Assembly (NCBI GenBank): GCA_031370625.1
Contig: JANMQR010000314.1
Span: forward strand, 5,052 to 69,051
Origin: Burkholderiales bacterium
Lineage (GTDB): Bacteria > Pseudomonadota > Gammaproteobacteria > Burkholderiales > Usitatibacteraceae
DNA length: 64,000 nucleotides
Reading direction: 5' to 3'
Part shown: one piece after another, positions 25,269 through 34,025 of the stretch
How the letters are laid out: every line of letters starts with the position of its first letter
Numbering within the stretch: position 1 is the stretch's first letter
Notes under the pieces: model-generated
The model's database searches: none
Told to the model about the DNA's origin: nothing
Seen by the model: the letters and a program-made list of their open reading frames with translations, nothing else
Made by a program: the position numbers and the translations under genes

Positions 25269-25683
25269 AGCGCTTTTGTAAGGATTCGCCGACAACAGAA
25301 GCGGGGGTATTCCGGTCTTTTTAATTGAGTGCTTCAGAAATAATCAATTGGTCGAAATCGAATTACAGGCCATTATGAAAACTTCAAATGCACTCAAGCA
25401 GCGTGGGTTGGTCAGTGTTCTGGCGAATGAGCCCGAGGTGGCTCCCGACCACGTCCTCCGTTCCCCATTCGGCGTCATGAATTTTTTAGCGCCAGTATCG
25501 CAACTCAAACCGCGCGCAGTGCTTCATTCGCACAACACGTCTGCGCGTCTCGGCCCAGCGCATACGAATTTCGCCCGCACATCGGCTTTTCCGCTCCCGG
25601 GGCTCCGCGCCATGCCCGTACCTGATGGCCGAAGCCATGAAACGTTGACGAATTCAGTGACGAACCTGAAGACCAATTCCCCA

Positions 25684-26493
25684 ATGCAAAATAGCCTCTT
25701 GGCGGCATTGTCGCCAGCAGAACTTGATCGACTCACCCCCCATTTGGAATTGGTGAAAATGTCACTCGGCGACGTGCTCTACGAGTCCGGCGGTCGCCTG
25801 CAGCACGTGTTTTTTCCGACCACCTCAATTGTGTCACTGCTCTATGTGCTCGAAGACGGTGCATCGACGGAAATCGCGGCGGTGGGCAATGAAGGCATTC
25901 TTGGCGTGTCCACCTTCATGGGCGGCGACACGACGCCAAGCCGTGCGGTCGTACAAAGCGCGGGATACGGTTATCGCATCACCACACAAAATCTAAAGCA
26001 AGAATTCGAGCGCACTGGCGGCTTGTTCAGGCTTCTGTTGAGATACGCCCAAGCGCTGATGACGCAGACCGCACAAATGGCGGTTTGCAATCGCCACCAC
26101 TCGCTTGAACAACAGCTGTGCCGGCGACTTCTGTTCAGCCTGGATCGCCTGCCCACCGATTCGCTGTTCATGACGCAAGAACTTATCGCCAATATGCTGG
26201 GCGTGCGCCGTGAAGGCGTCACCGCTGCAGCGGGAAACTTACAGCGCGCCGGGCTCATTCGCTACAGCCGCGGGCGTATCGATATTCTGGATCGCAATGG
26301 CCTGGAATCGGCGGTCTGCGAGTGTTACGGCGTAGTGAAGCTCGAATTCAATCGACTACTCTCTGACAACCACCGCAGTGATCCGTTTCACACTCTTCGG
26401 CAAGCGGAGGAACGAGTTGACTCACTTACCCACTTCACGAATAAAAATTCCGCGAGCGTCAAACGGAACGTGAGCAATTCGTTGTATGCGTGA
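25684..26493 (+). CDS. Crp/Fnr-family transcriptional regulator
   Basis: The ORF track starts at 25348, but the first 112 aa are not protein-like. The likely start is MQNSLLAALSPAELDRLTPHLELV at 25684. It has a cNMP-binding-like fold and a C-terminal HTH (ELIANMLGVRREGVTAAAGNLQRAGLI). Confidence 0.8.
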   Translation: MQNSLLAALSPAELDRLTPHLELVKMSLGDVLYESGGRLQHVFFPTTSIVSLLYVLEDGASTEIAAVGNEGILGVSTFMGGDTTPSRAVVQSAGYGYRITTQNLKQEFERTGGLFRLLLRYAQALMTQTAQMAVCNRHHSLEQQLCRRLLFSLDRLPTDSLFMTQELIANMLGVRREGVTAAAGNLQRAGLIRYSRGRIDILDRNGLESAVCECYGVVKLEFNRLLSDNHRSDPFHTLRQAEERVDSLTHFTNKNSASVKRNVSNSLYA

Positions 26494-26623
26494 TTGTTCA
26501 CCGCAATTTGACGCTGTAACGTAACGCTGCAACGCGCATTTGTTGTATTCAAAAGATGTTTTACCGACCTAAACCATCAGGTTCAGTTTTTTCCACCGTG
26601 CAACCTAACGTAAGGAGTTCACC

Positions 26624-26803
26624 ATGAACAAAGATCAAGTTAAAGGCCGCGCCAAGCAAGTTGAAGGAAAAGTGAAAGAAATGACCGGAAAACTGGTCGG
26701 CAATGAAAAACTGGAAGTAAAAGGAAAAGTTGAAAAAGGTGTTGGTCGCGCGCAAGCGGGATTCGGGGACATGAAAGCCGACGTGAAGAAAAGTATCAAG
26801 TAA
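26624..26803 (+). CDS. CsbD-family stress-response protein (59 aa; below the ORF-track cutoff)
   Basis: AAGGAG RBS. Hand translation gives MNKDQVKGRAKQVEGKVKEMTGKLVGNEKLEVKGKVEKGVGRAQAGFGDMKADVKKSIK. Confidence 0.85.
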   Translation: MNKDQVKGRAKQVEGKVKEMTGKLVGNEKLEVKGKVEKGVGRAQAGFGDMKADVKKSIK

Positions 26804-26846
26804 TCAACGCAAACGTTGTGCGCTACTTTCCGAGCACATCGCACAT

Positions 26847-26878
26847 CAAAAAGGCCACGGATTCCGTGGCCTTTTTTA
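26847..26878. terminator. Bidirectional rho-independent terminator between the csbD-like and aldehyde dehydrogenase genes
   Basis: aaaaaGGCCACGG-att-CCGTGGCCtttttt. Confidence 0.8.
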
Positions 26879-26924
26879 TTGCGACGCGCCCTCGTAAACT
26901 TGTCTATTGTCTGCTGTCTATTGC

Positions 26925-28307
26925 CTACGCTGGCGCATCCAAAGCCGCCACCCGCACCAGCTTTTTGTTGACGAACTCCTGGATCCCCAAGCTCGAGAGT
27001 TCTCGCCCGTAGCCAGAATCCTTGACACCGCCAAATGGCAGATCTGGCGCGGTCCAGGTAGGGTGATTGATAAACACCATGCCCGTATCAATCCGGCTGG
27101 CGAGGCGTTTGCCGCGCGCGACATCGTTGGTAAAAATTGAACCGCCAAGTCCGAACGGTGAATCGTTCGCCAGCGCGACGGCCTCGTCTTCATCGTTCAC
27201 GCGGAAAAACAATGCAACCGGGCCGAAAAATTCATCTTTGTACGCAGGGTTATCCGGCGAAATGTCCGCGAGGATGGTGGGCTGCATGAACCAGCCTGGC
27301 CGCTCGATCCTGCCGCCACCCATGACCAAGGTCGCGCCATGTGCAACCGCTTCTTTGACCTGCTCAAGCAATTTAACAAGCGCCGCTTCGGTGGATAAGG
27401 GGCCCAGCGTGGTGGCCGCATCCATCGGGTCGCCGGGTTTCAGTGCAGAAAATGCCGATTGAAATTTTTCAAAAAACTTATCAGCCATTGCGTCGACTAC
27501 GATGAATCGTTTCGCGGCAATGCAACACTGACCGGTATTGTTCATCTTTGCCCACAGCGCCCATTTAATTGTTTTCTCCAAATCCGCGTCATCAAGAACA
27601 ATAAAAGCATCGCTCCCGCCTAATTCCATTGTGGATTTTTTCAAACTTTTTCCTGCCCGTTCGGCCACGCGTTTTCCCGCCTCCACACTGCCCGTCAATG
27701 CGACGCCTTTAATCCGCGGATCGTCGATGATATTGTTAACTTGGTCATACGAAATAAACAAATTTGTGTAAACGCCCGCGGGAGCACCGGCCTCTTCCCA
27801 CAGCTTCTCGAACGCGAGCGCGCATGCGGGCACGGTGCCGGAGTGTTTCACCATCACCACATTTCCCGCCATCAGATTTGGCGCTGCAAATCGCGCCAAT
27901 TGGTAATACGGGAAATTCCAGGGCTGCACGCCAAACAGCACACCAAACGGGCTGCTGTGTACCTCGGCCTCACCGATGCTCGGACTTAAGCGCTCGGGTG
28001 CCAAAAATTTTTCTGCGTTGTTCGCGTAGTAATCAAGAATGTCGGCACTGAGCGCGACTTCGCCTTGCGACTCTGCAAAAAGTTTTCCCATTTCCAGCGT
28101 CATCGGTTTGGCAAATTCATCCGCCCTTGTGCGCATGATCGCAGCCGCTTTGGTCACCACCGCTGCGCGCTGTGCAAAAGTCCAGCTGCGCCATTCTTCG
28201 AAACATTTGCTGGCTGTGTTAATTGCGGCTTCCACCGCCGCATCTGTGTGTTCATCATATTTCGTACCCGCTTTTCCGTCGTACGGGTTAACGCTTTGAT
28301 AGGCCAT
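26925..28307 (-). CDS. NAD(P)+-dependent aldehyde dehydrogenase, succinate-semialdehyde dehydrogenase (Sad/YneI)-like
   Basis: The likely start is MAYQSVNPYDGK at 28307. Motifs: QPWNFPYYQ, ELGGSDAFIV, and catalytic Cys in NTGQCCIAAKRF. Confidence 0.85.
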   Translation of the reverse strand: MAYQSVNPYDGKAGTKYDEHTDAAVEAAINTASKCFEEWRSWTFAQRAAVVTKAAAIMRTRADEFAKPMTLEMGKLFAESQGEVALSADILDYYANNAEKFLAPERLSPSIGEAEVHSSPFGVLFGVQPWNFPYYQLARFAAPNLMAGNVVMVKHSGTVPACALAFEKLWEEAGAPAGVYTNLFISYDQVNNIIDDPRIKGVALTGSVEAGKRVAERAGKSLKKSTMELGGSDAFIVLDDADLEKTIKWALWAKMNNTGQCCIAAKRFIVVDAMADKFFEKFQSAFSALKPGDPMDAATTLGPLSTEAALVKLLEQVKEAVAHGATLVMGGGRIERPGWFMQPTILADISPDNPAYKDEFFGPVALFFRVNDEDEAVALANDSPFGLGGSIFTNDVARGKRLASRIDTGMVFINHPTWTAPDLPFGGVKDSGYGRELSSLGIQEFVNKKLVRVAALDAPA

Positions 28308-28412
28308 GATTTGCTCGCTTTCGGTTTTTTGCAGACGCTGAAAAAACAAAAATCGTTGCCCACATCAACGCGGGTCAACGATTTTTGGGATGATGAAACG
28401 AAGCCAAGAATG

Positions 28413-28925
28413 TTAGCCAGCGCGCATCCTTATTTCGCCACTTTCACCCATGCCGCTTGGCCGTTCGCCGGTAATGGCTGCCTTCGCCATTTTATAAATC
28501 TGCACGATCTTGCTTTCCTTCACGTCCCAATAATGGGCGTGCACAATGGTGACTTGCACCAGCGCCAGATCCGGATCATCCACGCCGCCCGGAAACCAGG
28601 CTTGGGCAAATTTATTCCAAAGCTCGGTTTTTTTCGCCATGTCTTCCACCACTTTGGCCTCACCCGAAACTGACACGTAACTATCATCATCAGGGTCGGC
28701 ATAAGCGATATTGACGCGTTTATCAGTGCTGATGTCAACGACCGGATCGCCCTTGCGCGACATGAAGAACCAAAGCGATTCGTCATCATCGATAACCGTG
28801 TTCTGCGTCGTCATCGGCCGCGAGTGCAGATGGCCATTACCGTGTCGTGTGGTGAACATGCCGAAGCGGATGTCCTTGATCAAATCCCACAGCGTGTCTT
28901 TGGGGTTTTCAGTGTTGTCACTCAT
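28413..28925 (-). CDS. General stress protein 26 / pyridoxamine 5'-phosphate oxidase-like protein
   Basis: The likely start is MSDNTENPKDTLWDLIKDIRFGMFTTRHGNGHLHSRPM, with GGAGA upstream. This is a typical GSP26 N-terminus. Confidence 0.8.
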   Translation of the reverse strand: MSDNTENPKDTLWDLIKDIRFGMFTTRHGNGHLHSRPMTTQNTVIDDDESLWFFMSRKGDPVVDISTDKRVNIAYADPDDDSYVSVSGEAKVVEDMAKKTELWNKFAQAWFPGGVDDPDLALVQVTIVHAHYWDVKESKIVQIYKMAKAAITGERPSGMGESGEIRMRAG

Positions 28926-29199
28926 TGTTGTCTCCTTTAAAACCATAGGATGACGATTTGAGGGGCCATAACGTGTAAGCACATTACCGATGGTCGCGTA
29001 GGACGATCATCAACCGCAAAACTTTCGCTGCAAGGCGTGCGAAAAATTCACATTTGCCGCCTTTTAAGACCGTGCCAGCGTAGTCGCCGTTGCGGGATAA
29101 CTATCAGCGTTCTCCTACAAGCGCTGCGGCATGCCAGCGACATGCACCATGATCTGGCCGCTTTACTCTTGATGAGTTAACTAAAGTGAAAGGGCTGAA

Positions 29200-29841
29200 A
29201 TGGACACTATCATTGCGGGCAGGTTCGGTACTAAAACGGAAGCTGATGCAGCTGCCGATAAAATGCACGGCTTTGTGACTGAAAGCGATATCTGCATATT
29301 TCACAACAATCCGCCGGGACAACATCGAACAACCTTGTTCGGAAATGAGGACGCGGCCAAGCATGAAGCCTCGCATTTGAATCCACCGAACCGCGCGCAG
29401 AAAATCGCCGAAGCGGATGCATCGGAGCAGGCCGAAAAAGCTGAAAACACATCATTGGCTACCGCAGCGGTCGCTGGGGTCGCGGTGGGCGCACTGGCCG
29501 TCGCCGCGGGCCCGGTGGCCGCGCTGGCAGCAGCGGGCGTTGCCGCCTACACGGGCTCACTTGCGGGCGCGCTGACCGGGGCCGACGGGAATAATAGTTC
29601 TACTGTTTCCCGCGACGGTACGCACAACCCGGCAAACCACGGTTCACAATCGCATGCGGTCCGCCAGGGAGGTGCCATGATTGCAGTGAGGCTTGCGAAT
29701 GCAGATAGTCAAACTCGTGTTGTTGATGCACTTCGTTCGGCTGGCGCAGCCGATATTGAAATCGCGTCGGGCGAATGGCGGGACGGCGACTGGGTGGATT
29801 TTGATCCCCTCGACACACCAAAATTTGTAGCACCTCATTGA
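29200..29841 (+). CDS. Hypothetical protein with a central Gly/Ala-rich (glycine-zipper-like) segment
   Basis: ORF track. Central segment ATAAVAGVAVGALAVAAGPVAALAAAGVAAYTGSLAGALTG. The gene lies in a stress-gene neighbourhood. Confidence 0.6.
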   Translation: MDTIIAGRFGTKTEADAAADKMHGFVTESDICIFHNNPPGQHRTTLFGNEDAAKHEASHLNPPNRAQKIAEADASEQAEKAENTSLATAAVAGVAVGALAVAAGPVAALAAAGVAAYTGSLAGALTGADGNNSSTVSRDGTHNPANHGSQSHAVRQGGAMIAVRLANADSQTRVVDALRSAGAADIEIASGEWRDGDWVDFDPLDTPKFVAPH

Positions 29842-29852
29842 TCAAGCGAATT

Positions 29853-30791
29853 TTAAATGGGCGCTGGCTGCCGGCCAAATTCGAGCCGTTTCATAAACAG
29901 ATATTGACTGCGATCCACTTCTCGCAATTGCCTAGGGTAGCGCTCCGCGGCGCTAAACCAGTCATTGATCCGCTTTTCAAACTGCATCGCTTTCGGCACG
30001 CGCAATGCACCCAAGTAGGCTTCCACGGCCAAGTGGTAGCGCATCGTGTTGCGCTCCACCAATCCCAATAACCCTTCAACATAAATTGGCTCGCCGGTCG
30101 ACTGTGTGCCGATAACGGTGAAGCCTACCTTATCGCGTGCCACCGTATTTAAATACGCCTTCATCAAAAACTTTGCCGTGGCACCAAAGCCATAGGAATA
30201 CGAAAGATGAATGAACGTCTGACCGTTTTCTGTCGGCACTGCCTCCAGCACAATCCGGTAATTGCGGGTGCTGAGCGGGCCTGAGTCCGCAGACAAATTA
30301 ATTTGCAAAAAATCAGCTTTGCGATTGCTTTCTTTCCACAAAAGCGCGATGGGATAAGCATCCTTTGAACGCTGCTCAACTTTTTTGCCAACTGTCATCA
30401 ATAGCGTTGGCGCGCCATTCGGATTACCGGGGTTCGGCTGCAGCGCGCATGATTTGGTATTCAGATGCAGGATGAGAATATCGCACCACACTTGCGGCAC
30501 CGCAAGTGCTGCGCTGACGGTTGCAAACGAATGCTTGATCTCCGCGTAGACATCGCCCTTAATGTTTTCTGATGACTGCACGGATTCAATAATCAACGGA
30601 ATCTTGAACGGGCTGTTCGCCATACGACCGCGCAGCGACTCTCTTAGTTGTAACAACGCGGCGGGTGATGAAGCGGCACTTTCGTCGGCGTTTGCCGTTG
30701 CCGCCAAGCTCTCGCCGCCAGAAATCAATGCGACTGCCAACACCAACACACCAACGAAAACGTTAACTCTGGAAATATTCATATCTCGCAC
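29853..30791 (-). CDS. Exported hypothetical protein (possible lipid-binding alpha/beta fold)
   Basis: ORF track. Signal peptide VFVGVLVLAVALISGGESLA. The gene starts 20 nt after the PLD gene stop, so it is probably co-transcribed. Confidence 0.65.
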   Translation of the reverse strand: MRDMNISRVNVFVGVLVLAVALISGGESLAATANADESAASSPAALLQLRESLRGRMANSPFKIPLIIESVQSSENIKGDVYAEIKHSFATVSAALAVPQVWCDILILHLNTKSCALQPNPGNPNGAPTLLMTVGKKVEQRSKDAYPIALLWKESNRKADFLQINLSADSGPLSTRNYRIVLEAVPTENGQTFIHLSYSYGFGATAKFLMKAYLNTVARDKVGFTVIGTQSTGEPIYVEGLLGLVERNTMRYHLAVEAYLGALRVPKAMQFEKRINDWFSAAERYPRQLREVDRSQYLFMKRLEFGRQPAPI

Positions 30792-30810
30792 TTATTCATA
30801 TCTCGCACTT

Positions 30811-32496
30811 TCAAAGCCAGTAAGCCCATAAACGCGCCGCGCTTTCTTTGACGCGCAACATCAGCGGCCGCGATTTCCATTGATCCAGCGTCACTTGCTG
30901 TGAAGCCGCCAAATCCTGCTCAAACATTTTCAACATCTGCTTGCCGAATTCCGTACCAAGCACGATCGCCACCACTTCGTCGTTGTGCAGAAAGCTGCGC
31001 CAGTCAAGATTGCTCGAGCCAACACTCGACCAGACGCCATCAATAAGAGCCGTTTTTGAATGCAGCAACTTGTCGCTTCGTTCAAAGATTTCAATGCCGC
31101 CCTCCAGCATGCTTTGGTAATACGAGCGACCCGCATGAAACACCAGCCCCGAATCGGTATGCCCTGGCAGAATGATCTTTACCTTCACACCGCGCTTCAC
31201 CGCAAGCTTTAGCGCATCTATCAATTGCATATCGGGAACAAAATACGCATTGGTCAAAAAAATTGAGGTTTCTGCGCTTGCAATCGCCGATAGCAGCGTC
31301 GTGTAGATCGGCGCAGCGGCTTCATCATCGGGCGCGCCTTTCGTATCCTCAACGCCGGCTGAACGTCCGCTACCATTTGCGATTTTGCGCAATGGCGCGT
31401 CGTCGGACGATGAGCCAATCGCGCGGATCACTTCTTTTCCCTCCGCTTTGAGAACTGGAAAATAAACTCGTTCTTTCAGTGGCGGACCTTTTTGCTTGGC
31501 CCACGTGGATAAAAACATGCGTTGAAAACTTGCCACGACCGGGCCGTCAATCTGCACATGCGTATCTCGCCAAGGAACTCGCTTCTCACCCTGCTTAGCA
31601 TCTGGTTTCACCACGCGTTGTCGGCCAAACGATCCGCTTGAATACACTGAACTGATATTCACACCGCCCAAAAACACCGACTTGCCGTCGACGATAAGCA
31701 GCTTGCGATGATCACGCTGATTAATTTCCCAACCTTTTTTTGCCGTGAGCGGATTCACCGGATTGAACTCCAGCACGCTCGCGCCGGCCGCTTTCAGCCC
31801 ATCAAAAAAAGTACGCGGCGTGCCGATTGAACCGACGCTGTCGTAAATCAAATTTACCTGCACCCCCGCGATTTGTTTGTCGATCAGCGATTTGACGAAC
31901 GCCTGACCGATCTCGTCATCTTCAATAATGTATGTTTCAAAATTAATATGGTCCTTCGCCGCCAAAATAGCTTTGCTCATGGCCGCATAGGTCGAAACAC
32001 CATCCTGAAACAGCGCGACTTTGTTGCCGCTCGTGAGCGGCTCGCTTGACACCGCATTTTCCAGCGCGAGGTGGCGTTCAAAAATACCGGTGTCGGGCGC
32101 TTTGCGGTCAAGTCGGTCGAGCACGGCTTGGCTCTGCTTTGGCGTCAATGTTCCCGATGCACTTTCGATCTGAATAGCCGGTGGCGCAATCGACTTCCCA
32201 ACCGCCACCGAATCCGCCGCCACGCTTTGTTGCAACGGCGCAAGCTCAGGCAGTGAAGCACACGAAACGAGCGCAAATGCGAGCAATAAATTCAGTGCAG
32301 CTCTGCTCCACCGCGTGCACGGAAGCGCCCATCTTTGTGAATTAAGTCGGTAACTATTTTTCAACCGTTCCCCCGCTACGAATCCAGTGACGTTTATTTC
32401 CCCACCTGAGCTTATCAATGACGATTCACTTTCGATGCAAGCGCCAGGCGTCGCGCGTTGCAGGGTAATTCCTACGTGTACTGAATCAGAATTCAC
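30811..32496 (-). CDS. Phospholipase D / cardiolipin synthase-family lipoprotein (two HKD motifs)
   Basis: HKD motifs: HRKLLIVDGKSVFLGGVNIS and LHSKTALIDGVWSSVGSSNLD. Lipobox LLAFALVSC. The start is uncertain and probably downstream of 32496. Confidence 0.85.
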   Translation of the reverse strand: MNSDSVHVGITLQRATPGACIESESSLISSGGEINVTGFVAGERLKNSYRLNSQRWALPCTRWSRAALNLLLAFALVSCASLPELAPLQQSVAADSVAVGKSIAPPAIQIESASGTLTPKQSQAVLDRLDRKAPDTGIFERHLALENAVSSEPLTSGNKVALFQDGVSTYAAMSKAILAAKDHINFETYIIEDDEIGQAFVKSLIDKQIAGVQVNLIYDSVGSIGTPRTFFDGLKAAGASVLEFNPVNPLTAKKGWEINQRDHRKLLIVDGKSVFLGGVNISSVYSSGSFGRQRVVKPDAKQGEKRVPWRDTHVQIDGPVVASFQRMFLSTWAKQKGPPLKERVYFPVLKAEGKEVIRAIGSSSDDAPLRKIANGSGRSAGVEDTKGAPDDEAAAPIYTTLLSAIASAETSIFLTNAYFVPDMQLIDALKLAVKRGVKVKIILPGHTDSGLVFHAGRSYYQSMLEGGIEIFERSDKLLHSKTALIDGVWSSVGSSNLDWRSFLHNDEVVAIVLGTEFGKQMLKMFEQDLAASQQVTLDQWKSRPLMLRVKESAARLWAYWL

Positions 32497-32796
32497 AATC
32501 GCTCTTTTCAGCCAGCGTTCATTAATCGCAAACCAATCCTTTCAGGAACCAAAACGCCAGCACTGGTGCGCGGTTTGAGCCTGTTTTGCTTGAAACGGCA
32601 ACGTGGGCGCGGGTTTGGCGTTTAAAGAATCCATACGGACAATTGCGCGGCAGCCGCCGGTACATCTCGTAAATCTGTGTCACCACTTGCCAATCACGAG
32701 TAGGAAAGCGCTGACAGCAGATTGCTGCCGCGTCGCCTTTCGTCAACTGGGGTCGTCATTCAATACTGAGTTGAATAACCACATCCAGAGTGATCC

Positions 32797-33918
32797 ATGA
32801 CGCCACCGCCCTCTTTCGTAGATTCTGAAGCAACGCCGAAGCAAACCGTCATCGAGATTCGCAAAGGTCAGGCGCCGCCACAGCTGGAGCGCGACGAATT
32901 TGGCGCGCGCTTTCGTGCCGCATTTTTTGATCCGGCGTTTCGCGAAGAAGACGAGCCGATTAAGCGGCTCGAAGCGATTGCATGGGATGCCTACACTGAG
33001 GGTCGCAAGGCACCCGTTACCGAAAAAGCGGGCGCAGGCTATGCGGACCCCGACTACGATTTATCGAGCGAATGGGTGGCCACCAAAAAACGCATCGATG
33101 ATGCGGCGAAGGCGTGGGCCGATCCGGCTGCACGTTCCCGCGTTTTGTTGATCTGCGCATCCGCGCGCAACGATGGAACCTGTCCCGGCGAAATTTCAAA
33201 AACATTTCGCTTGAGCGAATACGCGCGCGAAATTTTGGAACAAGCCAATATCGATGTCGATTTTTTGGATCTTAGTCTGATCACATCTGAGTATGGCCGC
33301 ACCATTCACGCCTGCAAAGGCTGCGCTTCCACGGCGATGCCGTTATGCCATTTTCCCTGTAGCTGCTATCCAAATTATTCGTTGAACCAAGTCAACGACT
33401 GGATGGCTGAAATTTATGAGCGGTGGACCGCAGCGCACGGGGTCATCATCCTCTCACCGGTGTATTGGTATCAAAGCCCAAGCCCCTTGAAGCTGATGAT
33501 TGATCGCCTGGTATGTGCGGACGGCGGCAACCCTGACCCAACATCCACCTCTGGAAAAAAACCGGATAAAGCAAAAGCACTCGAGATGGCCGGCTGGGAT
33601 TATCCGAAACACTTGTCGGGCCGCGCATATGGTCTTGTGGTGCGCGGCGATGTGGCCGGTATTGAAGGATCGCGACGGTCATTATCGGATTGGCTCGATT
33701 GGATGGGCTTCATCGATTCAGGCGCACAGTCCAAGCTTGATCGATTCATCGGCTACTACGAACCATACGCCACCAGCCACATCACGCTCGACACTGACAT
33801 AGCGATGCAGGAAGAGACGCGCAACGTCGCACGCGCGGTGGCGAAAACGGTGGCTGAATTACGTTCCGGGAAACTGCAAGCGGTACAACCAAAACTGTCT
33901 CGGCCACGACCGAAGTAA
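32797..33918 (+). CDS. Flavodoxin-fold NAD(P)H-dependent FMN reductase-family protein with a Cys-rich insert
   Basis: Motifs: VLLICASARNDGTCPGEISKT; HACKGCASTAMPLCHFPCSCYP; GVIILSPVYWYQSP. Confidence 0.7.
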   Translation: MTPPPSFVDSEATPKQTVIEIRKGQAPPQLERDEFGARFRAAFFDPAFREEDEPIKRLEAIAWDAYTEGRKAPVTEKAGAGYADPDYDLSSEWVATKKRIDDAAKAWADPAARSRVLLICASARNDGTCPGEISKTFRLSEYAREILEQANIDVDFLDLSLITSEYGRTIHACKGCASTAMPLCHFPCSCYPNYSLNQVNDWMAEIYERWTAAHGVIILSPVYWYQSPSPLKLMIDRLVCADGGNPDPTSTSGKKPDKAKALEMAGWDYPKHLSGRAYGLVVRGDVAGIEGSRRSLSDWLDWMGFIDSGAQSKLDRFIGYYEPYATSHITLDTDIAMQEETRNVARAVAKTVAELRSGKLQAVQPKLSRPRPK

Positions 33919-34025
33919 TTGCAGCGATACCGGCAGTGTGAATACTTGAGCTGCCCTACCAGCGCGGTGTTTGAAGCACAAATGCTCTAAACACCGCTCT
34001 GGCGCTTGGGTATTAGAGTCTGCGA

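Noticed and set aside
25348-25683. 112-aa N-terminal extension of the Crp/Fnr ORF.
   Set aside because: The extension has no Crp-family counterpart and looks non-coding when translated. The internal ATG at 25684 gives a normal-length (269-aa) regulator.
28997-29009. An exact 13-nt repeat CGTAGGACGATCA, also at 40479-40491. Both copies lie ~70-110 nt upstream of small minus-strand stress-type genes. Related CCTAC(A/G)C strings occur near 48329, 55055 and 56245. I considered it as a shared promoter or operator motif.
   Set aside because: A back-of-envelope estimate (N squared over 2, divided by 4 to the 13th, for 64 kb) predicts tens of chance 13-mer matches. The flanks show no similarity. The string lacks the invariant T of sigma70/sigmaS -10 elements. 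This is not strong enough to claim without genome-wide motif statistics.
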